DNA of 64,000 nucleotides. Origin: Alphaproteobacteria bacterium. GTDB taxonomy: Bacteria; Pseudomonadota; Alphaproteobacteria; GCA-2731375. Positions 50,011 through 60,961 of this stretch are shown one piece after another. The first letter of the stretch is position 1. Each line of letters starts with the position of its first letter. The notes under the pieces were generated by a model that ran no database searches, was not told the origin of the DNA, and was given only the letters and a program-made list of their open reading frames with translations. Both the position numbers and the translations under genes were made by a program. The stretch covers positions 96,001 through 160,000 of the forward strand of contig CBDDBZ010000036.1 in the NCBI GenBank assembly GCA_965225945.1, given 5' to 3'.

Positions 50011-51765
50011 ATGGACATCTACGCGGAATTTCGCGACCTCCTGAGAGCGGAGATCGCCGGCCTCGCGGAGCGCGGACGGCTTCCCGCCGGTCTCGACCTC
50101 GCCGACGTGCAGGTCGAGCCGCCGCGTGATCCGAGCCACGGCGATCTCGCGACCAACGCGGCGTTGGCACTCGCCAAGCAAGCCAAGATGAAGCCGCGTG
50201 ATCTGGCGGTGCCGATCGCGGAGGCCCTGCGCGCGCGCGATGCCGTCGCCGAGGTGGAGATCGCCGGGCCCGGCTTCATCAATCTCCGCCTGCGCGACGA
50301 GGCTTGGCGGGACTGCATTCCCATCGTGCTGCGCGAGGGCATGAGCTTCGGCGACGGCGCGATCGGAAAGGACGAGGCGGTGAACGTCGAATTTGTTTCG
50401 GCCAATCCCACCGGACCGCTCCACGTCGGCCACGTGCGGGGCGCGGTGTTCGGCGATGCGCTGGCGGCGCTCCTCGCCAAGGCCGGGTTCGCCGTCACCA
50501 AGGAATACGTCATCAACGATTCCGGCGCCCAGATCACGGCGCTCGCCCGCTCGGTCCATCTCCGCTACCGGGAGGCATTGGGCGAGGCCATCGCAGAGAT
50601 CCCCGAAGGGCTCTATCCCGGCGACTACCTGGTGCCGGTGGGCCGGGCCATCGCCGAGGCGGACGGCGCGGCCTGGCGCGACCTGCCGGAGGCCGAGTGG
50701 CTGGAGCCGTTTCGCCGCCGCGCGGTCGAGGCGATGATGGTGCTGATCCGCGAAGATCTAGCGGCGATCGGGATCGAGCAGGACGTCTATTTCTCGGAAA
50801 ACGAGCTGCATCGAGACGGGCGGATCGAGGCCGCGCTGGCCTGGCTCGAGGAGAGGGGGCTGATCTACGTCGGCGTGCTGGAGCCGCCCAGGGGCAAGAC
50901 GCCCGAGGATTGGGAGCCCAGGCCGCAGACCCTCTTCAAGGCCTCCGAGTTCGGCGACGACCTCGATCGCCCGCTCCGGAAAGCCGACGGAAGCTGGACC
51001 TATTTCGCCGCCGACATCGCTTACCATTTGGACAAATACAAGCGCGGTTTCAACCGCATGATCGACGTCTGGGGCGCCGATCACGGCGGCTATGTGAAGC
51101 GCATGCGGGCGGCCGTGCGCGCGGTCTCGGACGGGCAAGCGGATCTCGACGTCCGGATCTGCCAGCTCGTCCGGTTGCTCCGGGACGGCGAGCCCGCCAA
51201 AATGTCGAAACGCGCCGGCGATTTCGTCACCCTGCGCGAGCTCGTCGACGAGGTCGGCCGCGATGTCGTCCGTTTCATCATGCTCACCCGGCGGAACGAC
51301 GCGCCCCTCGACTTCGATCTCGCCAAGGTTCTGGAGCAGTCGAAGGACAATCCGGTCTTCTACGTCCAATACGCGCATGCCCGGATCCGCTCGGTGATGC
51401 GCAACGCGCGGCGCGACGTCGAGGGAATCGACGTGGCGCCCGAGGCGCTGGCGACGGCCGACCTCTCGGCTCTGGTCGATTCGGCGGAATTGGATCTGAT
51501 GAAGCGGATCGCGCGCTGGCCGCGCACCGTCGAGGCCGCCGCGTTGGCCTGCGAGCCGCATCGAATTGCCTTTTATCTCAATGACTTGGCGGCCGAATTT
51601 CACGGGCTCTGGAACAAGGGGAACGAAAACCCGGCGCTTCGCTTTATTATCCCATCCGATCCGTCGCGAACGCTGGCGCGCCTCGCGCTGCTGCAGGCGA
51701 CCGCGACGGTGATCGCCTCCGGCCTCGCCATCCTCGGGGTCGAGCCGGCGGAGGAGATGCGATAG
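50011..51765 (+). CDS. argS: Arginine--tRNA ligase
   Basis: [38 protein letters not shown]. Confidence 0.97.
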   Translation: MDIYAEFRDLLRAEIAGLAERGRLPAGLDLADVQVEPPRDPSHGDLATNAALALAKQAKMKPRDLAVPIAEALRARDAVAEVEIAGPGFINLRLRDEAWRDCIPIVLREGMSFGDGAIGKDEAVNVEFVSANPTGPLHVGHVRGAVFGDALAALLAKAGFAVTKEYVINDSGAQITALARSVHLRYREALGEAIAEIPEGLYPGDYLVPVGRAIAEADGAAWRDLPEAEWLEPFRRRAVEAMMVLIREDLAAIGIEQDVYFSENELHRDGRIEAALAWLEERGLIYVGVLEPPRGKTPEDWEPRPQTLFKASEFGDDLDRPLRKADGSWTYFAADIAYHLDKYKRGFNRMIDVWGADHGGYVKRMRAAVRAVSDGQADLDVRICQLVRLLRDGEPAKMSKRAGDFVTLRELVDEVGRDVVRFIMLTRRNDAPLDFDLAKVLEQSKDNPVFYVQYAHARIRSVMRNARRDVEGIDVAPEALATADLSALVDSAELDLMKRIARWPRTVEAAALACEPHRIAFYLNDLAAEFHGLWNKGNENPALRFIIPSDPSRTLARLALLQATATVIASGLAILGVEPAEEMR

Positions 51766-51768
51766 GCC

Positions 51769-52563
51769 ATGAAGCTCGAGCGCGCGCACGATAGGCTCGA
51801 TGCGCCGTTGGAACGCCCGGCGCCACCGCCGGAGCACGCGCCGCGACACGCGCATGGCCGGCGACTGCCGCTGGTCGTCGCGGGGCTCGCCGTGCTGATC
51901 TTCGCCGCCAGCGTCGGCTACGCCTACCGCCAAGGCATGATCGACGCGCGCGGCGGCGGCGAAGTCCCGACGGTCCGCGCCGAGGACGGGCCGACCCGCC
52001 TGAAGCCGGAGGAACCGGGCGGTCTCCAGGTGCCGAACCAGGACAAGCTGGTTTACGAACGGATGACCGGCGCGAGGCCCGGCGAGCACGTCGAGCGCCT
52101 GCTGCCGCCACCGGAGATGCCGCTGCCCAAGCCGAGCGAGGCGCCGAGCCAGCCCGAGAGCGACATCAAGGTCGGCGTCACCACCGCGGTGGCGCTGAAG
52201 TTGCCGAAGGCGAAGCCGGAGGTCCCCGACGCGCCCCTCGCCAAGCCGACACCGGACAAGGCCGACGACGGCCTGCCACCCCTGCCGACGGCGCGCCCCA
52301 CGGCCTTGCCGAGCGGCTCTTTCGGCCTGCAGCTCGCGGCACTCCGCGATCCGAACGCGATCCCGTCGCTCTGGCGCAAGCTCCAGGCCTCGCACGATGG
52401 GATTCTCGGCAAGCTCAGGGTGAAGATCCTACGCATCACCATCGCCGAGAAGGGGGTGTTTCATCGCTTGCTTGCCGGGCCCTATCCGACCGAGGCGACG
52501 GCGCATGTCGCCTGCCAGTCGTTGAAATCGCGCAATCAGGATTGCTTCGTTGTCCGCTACTGA
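51769..52563 (+). CDS. SPOR domain cell-division protein
   Basis: N-terminal TM, KPEEPGG, C-terminal LQLAAL...HRLLAGPY...C...CFVV. Confidence 0.88.
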   Translation: MKLERAHDRLDAPLERPAPPPEHAPRHAHGRRLPLVVAGLAVLIFAASVGYAYRQGMIDARGGGEVPTVRAEDGPTRLKPEEPGGLQVPNQDKLVYERMTGARPGEHVERLLPPPEMPLPKPSEAPSQPESDIKVGVTTAVALKLPKAKPEVPDAPLAKPTPDKADDGLPPLPTARPTALPSGSFGLQLAALRDPNAIPSLWRKLQASHDGILGKLRVKILRITIAEKGVFHRLLAGPYPTEATAHVACQSLKSRNQDCFVVRY

Positions 52564-53593
52564 TCGTGCCGAGGCGTCGCGGGCCGTCGTCCTGGGCTGC
52601 GCGGGCCCGAGCCTGACCCGGGACGAACGCGCCTTCTTTTCCGCCGCCCGGCCCTGGGGCTTCATCCTCTTCCAGCGGAACTGCGAGACGCCGGCGCAAG
52701 TCCACGCGCTGGTGGGGGAACTTCGCGATTGCCTGGGGCGAGACCGGGTGGCGATCCTGATCGACCAGGAAGGGGGGCGGGTGCGGCGCCTGCGGCCACC
52801 GCATTGGCCCGGCTATCCGCCGGCCGCCTGCTTCGGCCGTCTGGCCAAAACCGACATCGACCTCGCCGTTGAGGCGGCGTGGCTCGGCGCCCGGCTGATC
52901 GCCGACGATCTCGGCCGTCTCGCCATCACCGTCGATTGCCTGCCTTGTCTCGATGTCGCCGACGACCTGACCCACCAAGTGATCGGTGATCGAGCCTTCT
53001 CGAGCGACCCGGCGGTGGTCGCCCGCCTCGGGCGGGCCCAGGCCGAGGGCCTGTTGCAAGGCGGTGTTCTGCCGGTGATCAAGCACGTACCGGGGCATGG
53101 CCGCACGCGGGTCGACAGCCACGACACGCTGCCGGTGGTCGAGGCGGACCGCGCGAGTTTGGAGGCCATCGATTTCGCGCCGTTTCGCGCGCTCAGCCAC
53201 CTGCCTCTCGCCATGACGGCGCATATTCGCTACGACGCCGTCGATGGAAGCGCGCCGGCGACGCTCTCCTCCATACTTGTCGAAACGGTGATCCGCGACC
53301 ACATCGGCTTCGATGGCTTGTTGTTGTCGGACGATATTTCCATGGGCGCGCTCGGCGGCGACCTCGAGTCGCGCTCTGCGCGTGCCCTGGCCGCCGGCTG
53401 CGACGTGGTGCTGCACTGCAATGGCGATTTGGCCGAGATGCGGGCCGTGGTCGGGGCGACGGGGATGATGGAGTCGATTGCCGCGACACGTGCGCGCCGG
53501 GCGCTCGATTGCTTGCGCCCGGCGGAACCGTTCGACCGCAAGACGGCGGTGGCGCGGTTCCGGGCGCTGATCGCGGCTGGGGAAGGGGCCTGA
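52550..53593 (+). CDS. nagZ: Beta-N-acetylhexosaminidase
   Basis: IDQEGGRV, KHVPGHG, MTAH, SDDISM. Confidence 0.94.
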   Translation: MSATDRAEASRAVVLGCAGPSLTRDERAFFSAARPWGFILFQRNCETPAQVHALVGELRDCLGRDRVAILIDQEGGRVRRLRPPHWPGYPPAACFGRLAKTDIDLAVEAAWLGARLIADDLGRLAITVDCLPCLDVADDLTHQVIGDRAFSSDPAVVARLGRAQAEGLLQGGVLPVIKHVPGHGRTRVDSHDTLPVVEADRASLEAIDFAPFRALSHLPLAMTAHIRYDAVDGSAPATLSSILVETVIRDHIGFDGLLLSDDISMGALGGDLESRSARALAAGCDVVLHCNGDLAEMRAVVGATGMMESIAATRARRALDCLRPAEPFDRKTAVARFRALIAAGEGA

Positions 53594-53595
53594 TC

Positions 53596-54279
53596 GTGTT
53601 CGAGGACACTCTCCAGCTCGTCTCGGTCTGGGTCGTGCCGATCCTGCTCGCGGTCACCCTGCACGAAGCGGCGCACGCCTATGCCGCCCATTGGCGGGGC
53701 GACGATACCGCGGCGCGGGCAGGAAGGCTCAGCCTCAACCCGTTTCGCCATGTCGATCCGTTCGGCACCGTGCTTCTGCCGGGGATGCTGTTGCTGTTCA
53801 AGGCGCCGGTGCTGTTCGGCTACGCCAAGCCGGTGCCGGTGGCGTTCGCTCGATTGCGCCAGCCGAAGCGCGATATGATTATCGTCGCGGCGGCGGGACC
53901 TGCCGCCAATCTGGCCCTGGCGATCGGCGCCGCGGTGGCCATGCATGCCGCGCCACTGTTCTCGGGCGCGGTGGGCGAGTGGGTTTTGATGAATTTGAGC
54001 AACATGATCTTGCTCAATCTGTTGCTGGCGGTCTTCAACATGTTGCCCTTGCCGCCGCTCGACGGTGGCCGCGTGCTGATCGGATTGCTACCTCCCCCCC
54101 TCGACGCGAAGCTCGCGCGGCTCGAGCGTCACGGCATGATGATTCTACTGGGCCTCCTCTTCATCGTGCCGATCGTCGCCAGCCTATTCGGCAAGAACTG
54201 GCACCCGCTGGCCGAGGTCGTTTGGCCGATCACCCGGATGCTCTATAATTTTGTCGCCATGATCACCGGGCTCGCGTGA
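53596..54279 (+). CDS. Site-2 protease (M50) family protein
   Basis: HEAAH, AGPAAN, FNMLPLPPLDGGR. Confidence 0.93.
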   Translation: MFEDTLQLVSVWVVPILLAVTLHEAAHAYAAHWRGDDTAARAGRLSLNPFRHVDPFGTVLLPGMLLLFKAPVLFGYAKPVPVAFARLRQPKRDMIIVAAAGPAANLALAIGAAVAMHAAPLFSGAVGEWVLMNLSNMILLNLLLAVFNMLPLPPLDGGRVLIGLLPPPLDAKLARLERHGMMILLGLLFIVPIVASLFGKNWHPLAEVVWPITRMLYNFVAMITGLA

Positions 54280-54293
54280 TATATCGAGGCGCC

Positions 54294-55085
54294 ATGACAA
54301 CGACGTCCCAAATCGACAGCTTCGAGGAAGATCCGCCGGAAGGCCCCGTGGCCGGCGCCTTCGTCGTCGATCTGGAAGGCTTCGAAGGGCCGCTCGACCT
54401 TCTGTTGACACTGGCGCGCCAACAGAAGGTCGATCTCACCAACATTTCGATCCTGAAACTGGCGGAACAATATCTCGACTATATTAAAGTGGCGCGCCGA
54501 TTGCGCCTGGAGGTCGCGGCGGACTATCTGGTGATGGCGGCTTGGCTCGCCTACCTGAAGTCGCGAATGCTGCTGCCCGCGCCGACGGCCGACGAGGAGC
54601 CGACGGGCGAGGAGATGGCCCTTCGCCTGCAATTCCAACTCGAGCGACTTCAGGCCATGCGCAAGGTGATGGACGAGCTGTTGGCCCGCGATCGGATGGG
54701 GATCGATCTGCACCCCCGGGGCGCGCCCGAGGGTGTGCGCGTGATCCGCCAGACCGATTGGGAATGCTCCCTCTTCGAGTTGATGCAGGCCTATGCCGGC
54801 CAGGCCGTGCGCGGCAAGGTGACATCGCTCTACTTGAGCCCGTCCAAGGCCTACTCGATGGAGGAGGCGCTCCGCCGGCTCGAGACCCTGCTCGGGCGAA
54901 TGCCCGATTGGGCGAGCCTGGAGACCTTTCTGCCGCGCGAGATCGCGCGCGGCTTCGAGCGCCGCAGCGCGCTCGCCTCGACCTTCGCGGCGAGCCTGGA
55001 ATTGGCTCGCGACGGCCGCGTGACGCTCAGACAGGGGCAGCCCTTCGGGCCGATCTTCGTCAAGGCGAGGGAACGCGAAGCATGA
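54294..55085 (+). CDS. scpA: Segregation and condensation protein A
   Basis: FEGPLDLLL, AADYLVMAAWLAYLKSR, FAASLEL. Confidence 0.95.
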   Translation: MTTTSQIDSFEEDPPEGPVAGAFVVDLEGFEGPLDLLLTLARQQKVDLTNISILKLAEQYLDYIKVARRLRLEVAADYLVMAAWLAYLKSRMLLPAPTADEEPTGEEMALRLQFQLERLQAMRKVMDELLARDRMGIDLHPRGAPEGVRVIRQTDWECSLFELMQAYAGQAVRGKVTSLYLSPSKAYSMEEALRRLETLLGRMPDWASLETFLPREIARGFERRSALASTFAASLELARDGRVTLRQGQPFGPIFVKAREREA

Positions 55086-55747
55086 GCGAGATCAGCCCGG
55101 CCGAGCTTCGCATGATCGAGGCGTTGCTGTTCGCGGCCGAGGAGCCGCTGGACGAGGCGACGCTGGTCGCCCGCCTGCCGGAGGGGACGGAGGTGCCGGC
55201 GCTCCTGGCGCGGCTTCAAGCGGAATACGAGGGCCGGGGCGTCAACCTGGCCCACGTCGCCGGCAAGTGGTGCTTCCGGACCGCCGCCGATCTCCGTTAC
55301 CTGTTGGAACTACATCGCCGCGAGCCGCGCCGGCTCTCCCGCGCGGCGCTGGAGACCCTGGCGATCATCGCCTATCACCAGCCGATCACGCGCGCGGAGG
55401 TCGAGGAAGTGCGGGGCGTCGGGCTGTCGAAGGGCACCCTCGACATCTTGATGGAGATCGGCTGGGTTCGCCCGCGTGGACGCAAGCGGGTGCCCGGGCG
55501 ACCGATCACTTACGGCACGACGGATAGCTTCCTCGGGCATTTCGATCTGGAGGACCTGCAGTCGCTTCCCGGCCTTGCCGAGTTGAAGGCCGCCGGCCTG
55601 CTGGACGCGACCCCGCCGCCGTTCCCGATTTCGACCGCCGAAGGGGACGAGGAGCCGCTGGAGGAGACGGACGAGGAGGCGAGCGCCGCCGTGCCGCCGA
55701 CGCCGGGGGATGAAGGGCGCGCGCCGCACGGCGTCGAGGCGCCATGA
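55082..55747 (+). CDS. scpB: Segregation and condensation protein B
   Basis: IEALLFAA, LSRAALETLAIIAYHQPITRAEVEEVRGV. Confidence 0.95.
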   Translation: MSEISPAELRMIEALLFAAEEPLDEATLVARLPEGTEVPALLARLQAEYEGRGVNLAHVAGKWCFRTAADLRYLLELHRREPRRLSRAALETLAIIAYHQPITRAEVEEVRGVGLSKGTLDILMEIGWVRPRGRKRVPGRPITYGTTDSFLGHFDLEDLQSLPGLAELKAAGLLDATPPPFPISTAEGDEEPLEETDEEASAAVPPTPGDEGRAPHGVEAP

Positions 55748-56796
55748 GCGGCGTCGGAATCCAACTCGAAGGCGTTTGCCACGTCTATGGGGACAACCAG
55801 GTGGTCACCGACCTGACCCTCGCCGTGGCACCGGGTGAACTGGTCTGTCTGCTGGGCCCGACGGGTTGCGGCAAGACGACGACGCTACGCCTCGCCGCGG
55901 GGCTGGAGCCGCTGCAAAGCGGCCGGGTGACGGTCGGAGATCGCGAGGTCGCCCGGCCCGGCCACGAGTTGCCGCCCGAGGCGCGTGGCGTCGGCATGGT
56001 GTTTCAGGACTTCGCGCTCTTTCCGCATTTGAACGCGCTGGAAAACATTTGCTTTGGGCTCGACCGGATGGGCCGGGCCGAGCGGCGGGGGATCGGCCTG
56101 GATCTTCTGCGCCGCCTGCGGCTCGAGGATTTCGCCGACGCCTACCCGCACACGCTCTCCGGTGGGGAGCAGCAGCGCGTGGCGCTCGCCCGCGCGCTGG
56201 CGCCTCGGCCCGACGTCATGTTGATGGACGAGCCGTTCTCGGGCCTCGACGTCAGATTGCGCGACGCGGTCCGCGAGGACACGCTGGCGCTCCTGGGGGA
56301 CGAAGGCACGGCCACTCTGTTGGTGACGCACGATCCCGACGAGGCGATGCGAATGGCCGACCGCATCGCCGTGATGCGGGATGGCCGGATCGTTCAGGAA
56401 GGCGCGCCAGACGAGATTTATTGCCGCCCCGCCGATCGCTTCATCGCCGAGTTCTTCGGCGAGCTGAACGTGTTGCATGCGGAGGTCGAGGCCGATGGGC
56501 GGATCACCACCCCCGCCGGCTGCTTGGAGGCGCCGGAGATTTGCCGCGGCACGCCGGTCGAGGTGCTGGTGCGGCCGGAGGCCCTGCGCCTCGAGGGTGC
56601 GGACAACGGACATTCGGCGCGCGTCGTCCAGACGCGGTCGCTCGGGCCCTTCGCCATCGTCGAGTTGGCGGTGGAGGGTCGGCAATGTCATCTCCGCTGC
56701 CGCGTGCCGCGCCGCGACCTGCCGGACGTGGGCGCGGCCGTCGGCATCGCTCTCGATCCGGAGCAGACCTTCGTTTTTCCCAGGTCCGTGGAATAG
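55744..56796 (+). CDS. ABC transporter ATP-binding protein (Fe3+/polyamine type, TOBE)
   Basis: [28 protein letters not shown]. Confidence 0.9.
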   Translation: MSGVGIQLEGVCHVYGDNQVVTDLTLAVAPGELVCLLGPTGCGKTTTLRLAAGLEPLQSGRVTVGDREVARPGHELPPEARGVGMVFQDFALFPHLNALENICFGLDRMGRAERRGIGLDLLRRLRLEDFADAYPHTLSGGEQQRVALARALAPRPDVMLMDEPFSGLDVRLRDAVREDTLALLGDEGTATLLVTHDPDEAMRMADRIAVMRDGRIVQEGAPDEIYCRPADRFIAEFFGELNVLHAEVEADGRITTPAGCLEAPEICRGTPVEVLVRPEALRLEGADNGHSARVVQTRSLGPFAIVELAVEGRQCHLRCRVPRRDLPDVGAAVGIALDPEQTFVFPRSVE

Positions 56797-56912
56797 GTCC
56801 ATCGAACGGCGGCGCGGACGGGCCGCCGGGCGGTTTCGTTGCACGGGATCGGGCTTTCTGCCATAGTTCGCCGCAAGGAGGCGAAAACCTTAGGAAATCA
56901 GGAGTTTCGCGC

Positions 56913-57122
56913 ATGACACCGAGTTTTTGGCAGATTGGCATTGTGCTTGTTCTGTTGGTTCTTCTGTTCGGCCGGGGCAAGATCTCCGAGCTGATGGGCG
57001 ATGTCGCCCGCGGTATCAAGAGCTTCAAGAAGGGCATGCGAGACGACGAGACGGTCGCCCAGACCGAGCAAGAATCCATCGATGCCGCCTCGGCCGCGAA
57101 GGACGAAACGGCCAAGGGATAA
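56913..57122 (+). CDS. tatA: Twin-arginine translocase TatA
   Basis: [25 protein letters not shown]. Confidence 0.95.
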   Translation: MTPSFWQIGIVLVLLVLLFGRGKISELMGDVARGIKSFKKGMRDDETVAQTEQESIDAASAAKDETAKG

Positions 57123-57173
57123 GGGCGCCTTCGGGCCACCCGCGAGGGACGGGATGCGCCGGAGTGGACCACG

Positions 57174-57659
57174 ATGATCGATATCGGCTGGATGGAATTG
57201 CTGGTGGTCGCGATGGTGGCGCTCGTGGTCATCGGGCCCAAGGATTTGCCGCGCGCGTTGCGCACGGCCGGCAAATGGGTCGGAAAGGTCCGCGGAGTCG
57301 CCCGGGAGTTTCAGAACAGCGTCGACGACATGATCCAGGAATCCGAGCTGGAGGAATACCAGAAGGAGTTCAAGGATCTCGTCAAGACCAGTGGGTCCGA
57401 CGACTGGGAAAATGGGATCGATCCGACCGGCCGCCCTGCCTTCCCGGCCGGCGCCGCCGCGATCGACGATGGGTCCCGGTCCGAGCCGACCGTGGCGCCC
57501 ACCGCGCCACCGCCGGAAGAGGAGGAGATCGAGGTCGCCGGCGAGCGGCCCGCCTCGATCGCCCCCGCCTCGATCGCCCCCGCCTCGATCGCCCCCGCCT
57601 CGATCGCCCCCGCCTCGATCGCCGAGGATGTTCCCGGGGGGGTGCGGACCGGGACGTGA
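57174..57659 (+). CDS. tatB: Twin-arginine translocase TatB
   Basis: MIDIGWMELLVV...IGPKDLP. Confidence 0.94.
   Translation: MIDIGWMELLVVAMVALVVIGPKDLPRALRTAGKWVGKVRGVAREFQNSVDDMIQESELEEYQKEFKDLVKTSGSDDWENGIDPTGRPAFPAGAAAIDDGSRSEPTVAPTAPPPEEEEIEVAGERPASIAPASIAPASIAPASIAPASIAEDVPGGVRTGT
57549..57623 (+). repeat. Perfect 15-bp tandem repeat x5 (CCCGCCTCGATCGCC; PASIA) in tatB
   Basis: Seen directly. Confidence 0.95.
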
Positions 57660-57668
57660 GCGGCCGCC

Positions 57669-58505
57669 GTGACTGACGAGCCGGATCGCCTCGAGGATGG
57701 TTCCGAGGGAGACGCTTCACCCGACGAGGTCGAGCGCAGCCGCATGCCCTTGCTGGATCATCTGATCGAGCTGCGCCAACGTCTCCTCTATTCCCTCGTC
57801 GCGCTCTCCATCGCTTTCGTCGCCTGCTATTTCGTCGCCGAGGAGATCTACGCATTTCTGGTGCAGCCCCTCGCGGACCTGATGGAAGGTCAGGAGGGGC
57901 GGCGGCTGATCTACACCGGCCTGCACGAGGCCTTCTTCACCTACCTCAAGGTGGCTTTCTTCGCGGCGGTCTGCCTCGCTTTTCCGCTGATCGTCGGGCA
58001 GCTCTGGGTCTTCGTCGCGCCGGGTCTCTACCGCAACGAAAAGCGCGCGTTTTTGCCCTTCCTGCTGGCGACGCCGGTGCTGTTCATACTCGGCGCGTCG
58101 CTGGTCTACTACCTGATCTTTCCGCTGGCCTGGCGGTTCTTCCTCGGCTTCGAGTCGGAAGGTGGTGACGGTACGCTGCCGATCCAGCTCGAAGCCCGGG
58201 TCGGCGAGTATCTCTCCCTGGTGATGAAGCTGATTCTGGCCTTCGGCATCTCCTTCCAATTGCCGGTGCTGCTGATGTTGATGGCGCGCGTCGGCCTGGT
58301 GACTTCGGCCGGACTCGCGAAGAAACGGAAATACGCCATCGTCATCGTCTTTCTGGTTGCCGCCTTCTTGACGCCGCCCGATATCATCAGCCAGATCGGC
58401 CTTGGACTGCCGATCCTGCTGCTCTACGAAGTCTCGATCATCGGCATCAGGCTCGTCGAGCGGAAGCGGGACGCGGAGCGCGCCCGGGCCGACAACGCCA
58501 CGTGA
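57669..58505 (+). CDS. tatC: Twin-arginine translocase TatC
   Basis: MPLLDHLIELRQRL, FVAPGLY, LTPPD, LLYE. Confidence 0.96.
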   Translation: MTDEPDRLEDGSEGDASPDEVERSRMPLLDHLIELRQRLLYSLVALSIAFVACYFVAEEIYAFLVQPLADLMEGQEGRRLIYTGLHEAFFTYLKVAFFAAVCLAFPLIVGQLWVFVAPGLYRNEKRAFLPFLLATPVLFILGASLVYYLIFPLAWRFFLGFESEGGDGTLPIQLEARVGEYLSLVMKLILAFGISFQLPVLLMLMARVGLVTSAGLAKKRKYAIVIVFLVAAFLTPPDIISQIGLGLPILLLYEVSIIGIRLVERKRDAERARADNAT

Positions 58506-58559
58506 GCACAGCCCCGGCGCTTGCGAACGGCGCCGTATGGGTCTATATGGCGGCGATCT

Positions 58560-58698
58560 GAAACCTCACACGGGGTATGCGCGCGCGGGAGAGACAGCCC
58601 CCGCCGCCTTCCGGTGTTCGCCCGCCGGCGGTCCGATTGGGCTCGGACGGTCGGCGGCGTGAATTGACACCCCCGTGGCGGAGAGAACCGGAGAACGA
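58560..58698 (+). promoter_or_regulatory. Putative structured rpsB 5' leader (S2 autoregulation)
   Basis: About 140-nt leader; TCCGGT/ACCGGA pairing could occlude the RBS; inferred from position. Confidence 0.4.
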
Positions 58699-58701
58699 AG
58701 C

Positions 58702-59760
58702 ATGAGCGTAGCCCAACTGCCCGACTTCACGATGCGCCAGCTCCTGGAGGCCGGCGTGCACTTCGGCCATCAGACGCATCGCTGGAATCCGAAGATGGCG
58801 CCCTACATTTATGGCGCCCGCAACAACATCCATATCATCGATCTGCGCGAGACGGTGCCGCTGCTGCATCAGGCCTTGGTGACCGTGCGCGACGTGATCG
58901 GCGGTGGCGGACGCTTGCTCTTCGTCGGTACCAAGCGGCAGGCCTCGGCGATGGTCGCCGACGCGGCCGGGCGTTGTGGTCAGTACTACGTCAACCACCG
59001 TTGGCTCGGTGGCATGCTGACCAATTGGAAGACCATCTCCAACTCGATCCGACGCCTGCGCGAGCTGGACGAGCAGATGGACGGCGACAACGTCGGCTTC
59101 ACCAAGAAGGAGCTGCTGCGGTTGACGCGCGAGCGGGAGAAGCTGCACCGCGCGTTGGGCGGGATCAAGGACATGGGCGGGCTGCCCGACATGCTCTTCG
59201 TGATCGACATCATCAAAGAGGAGATCGCGGTCAAGGAGGCGATCAAGCTCTCCATTCCGATCATCGGCGTGGTCGACACCAACGTCGACCCGGACCTGAT
59301 CACCTATCCGGTGCCCGGTAACGACGATGCGGCGCGCGCGATCGAGCTCTATCTCGATCTGGTCTCGCGCTCGGTCCTCTCCGGCCTGCAGCACGAGCTG
59401 CAGTCGGCGGGTGTCGACATCGGAGCGGCCGAGGAGTTGCCGGAGCAGGTGATCCTCGCGGACGCGCCGGCCGAGGTTCAGGTGCCCGAGTCTCCGGCGG
59501 CCGAGGCCGAGGTGCCCGAGCCTCCGGCGGCCGAGGCCCAGGTGTCCGAGGAGCCTCCGGCGGCCGAGGCCGCGGCGGAACCACCTGCCGAGGAAGCCGC
59601 CACCGAGGACGCCGCCACCGAGGACGCCGCCACCGAGGAGCCGCCACCGAGGACGCCGCCACCGAGGACGCCGCCACCGAGGAACGCCGCCACCGAGGAA
59701 GCCACCACCGAGGAAGCCACCACCGAGGAAGCCACCACCAAGGCGACTCCCGCGTCCTAG
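58702..59760 (+). CDS. rpsB: 30S ribosomal protein S2 with acidic repetitive tail
   Basis: [34 protein letters not shown]. Confidence 0.97.
   Translation: MSVAQLPDFTMRQLLEAGVHFGHQTHRWNPKMAPYIYGARNNIHIIDLRETVPLLHQALVTVRDVIGGGGRLLFVGTKRQASAMVADAAGRCGQYYVNHRWLGGMLTNWKTISNSIRRLRELDEQMDGDNVGFTKKELLRLTREREKLHRALGGIKDMGGLPDMLFVIDIIKEEIAVKEAIKLSIPIIGVVDTNVDPDLITYPVPGNDDAARAIELYLDLVSRSVLSGLQHELQSAGVDIGAAEELPEQVILADAPAEVQVPESPAAEAEVPEPPAAEAQVSEEPPAAEAAAEPPAEEAATEDAATEDAATEEPPPRTPPPRTPPPRNAATEEATTEEATTEEATTKATPAS
59465..59742 (+). repeat. 30-bp and 15-bp tandem repeats in the rpsB tail
   Basis: GCCGAGG...GTGCCCGAG units followed by about ten GCCRCCACCGAGGAN units. Confidence 0.9.
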
Positions 59761-60839
59761 TGTACCGACTCTAACGCCTGTCGCCCACGAGCGACTTTTT
59801 CGAGTATGGCGGTGGCGGAAGCGGTCCATACGAAGGGTTTTGGATCGGCATTGTGGTGCTCGAGGTATTCCTGAATGGCTGTTTCGAGTTCGGCGACGCT
59901 CTTGAACACGCCGCAACGGATTTGATCGCTGGTGATCAGGCCGAAGAAGCGTTCGACCTGGCTGAGCCAGGAGGCGGATGTCGGAGTGAAGTGCATATGG
60001 AAGCGAGGATGTTTTGCCAACCACGCCTTGACCTTGGGATGCTTGTGGGTGGCGTAGTTGTCGGCGATCAGATGCAGGTCGAGCTTCTTGGGCGTCTCGG
60101 CGTCGATACGGCGCAGGAATTTCAGCCATTCCTGATGGCGGTGCCGCTTCATGCAGTGGCCGATGACCTTGCCGGTGGCGACGTCGAGCGCGGCGAACAA
60201 TGTCGTCGTGCCGTGGCGCTTGTAGTCATGCGTCATGGTGCCGGCTCGGCCCTTCTTGATCGGCAAGCCGGGCTGTGTGCGGTCGAGCGCCTGGATCTGG
60301 CTCTTCTCGTCGACCGAGAGAACCAGCGCCTTGTCCGGCGGATCGAGATAGAGACCGACGATATCGCGCACCTTCTCGACGAAGTGCTCGTCATTCGACA
60401 GCTTGAAGGTCTTCACCAGGTGCGGCTTGAGGCCGTGCGCCTTCCAGATCCGCTGCACGCTGGTGTAGCTGAGGCCGACGGCACGGGCCATCTTGCGGAT
60501 GCTCCAATGCGTCGCCGCCTCCGGCGTCTCGTGCAAGGTCTTATGCACAACCCGCTCGATCACCTCGGCGCTCAGCGGCGGCTTGCGTCCCGGTCGCGTC
60601 GCATCGCGGCGCAGTCCGGCGATGCCTTTGGCAAGGTAGCGCTCCTGCCAGCGCCACACCGTCACCTTACTTTTGCCGACCAACCGGACGATCGTCATCG
60701 TGCCGATCCCGTCAGCCGACAGCAACACGATCCGTGCCCGCCAAACCAGCTTCTGCGGCGTGTTCCGCCCAGAAACCAACCCTTCCAGCGTCGCCCGCTC
60801 CGCGGGAGACAGCCAGATGCATGCCAATGTCTTCGTCAT
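59757..60839 (-). CDS. IS630 family transposase
   Basis: [28 protein letters not shown]. Confidence 0.95.
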   Translation of the reverse strand: MTKTLACIWLSPAERATLEGLVSGRNTPQKLVWRARIVLLSADGIGTMTIVRLVGKSKVTVWRWQERYLAKGIAGLRRDATRPGRKPPLSAEVIERVVHKTLHETPEAATHWSIRKMARAVGLSYTSVQRIWKAHGLKPHLVKTFKLSNDEHFVEKVRDIVGLYLDPPDKALVLSVDEKSQIQALDRTQPGLPIKKGRAGTMTHDYKRHGTTTLFAALDVATGKVIGHCMKRHRHQEWLKFLRRIDAETPKKLDLHLIADNYATHKHPKVKAWLAKHPRFHMHFTPTSASWLSQVERFFGLITSDQIRCGVFKSVAELETAIQEYLEHHNADPKPFVWTASATAILEKVARGRQALESVH

Positions 60840-60896
60840 TCCCCCAGAATCGCAGAACGCAAGCCCTTTGGGAAACTTTTGTTAGGATCGGAACAC
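59760..60896 (-). mobile_element. IS630 family element inserted at the rpsB stop codon
   Basis: Imperfect TIRs GTGTACCGACTCTAAC / GTTAGGATCGGAACAC; TA duplication in CTAG. Confidence 0.9.
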
Positions 60897-60961
60897 TAGA
60901 TGGCGTGGACGATCGCTTGAAAACAAACCGTGAAAGAAAATTTTCGCAAAGAGGTCGAAAC

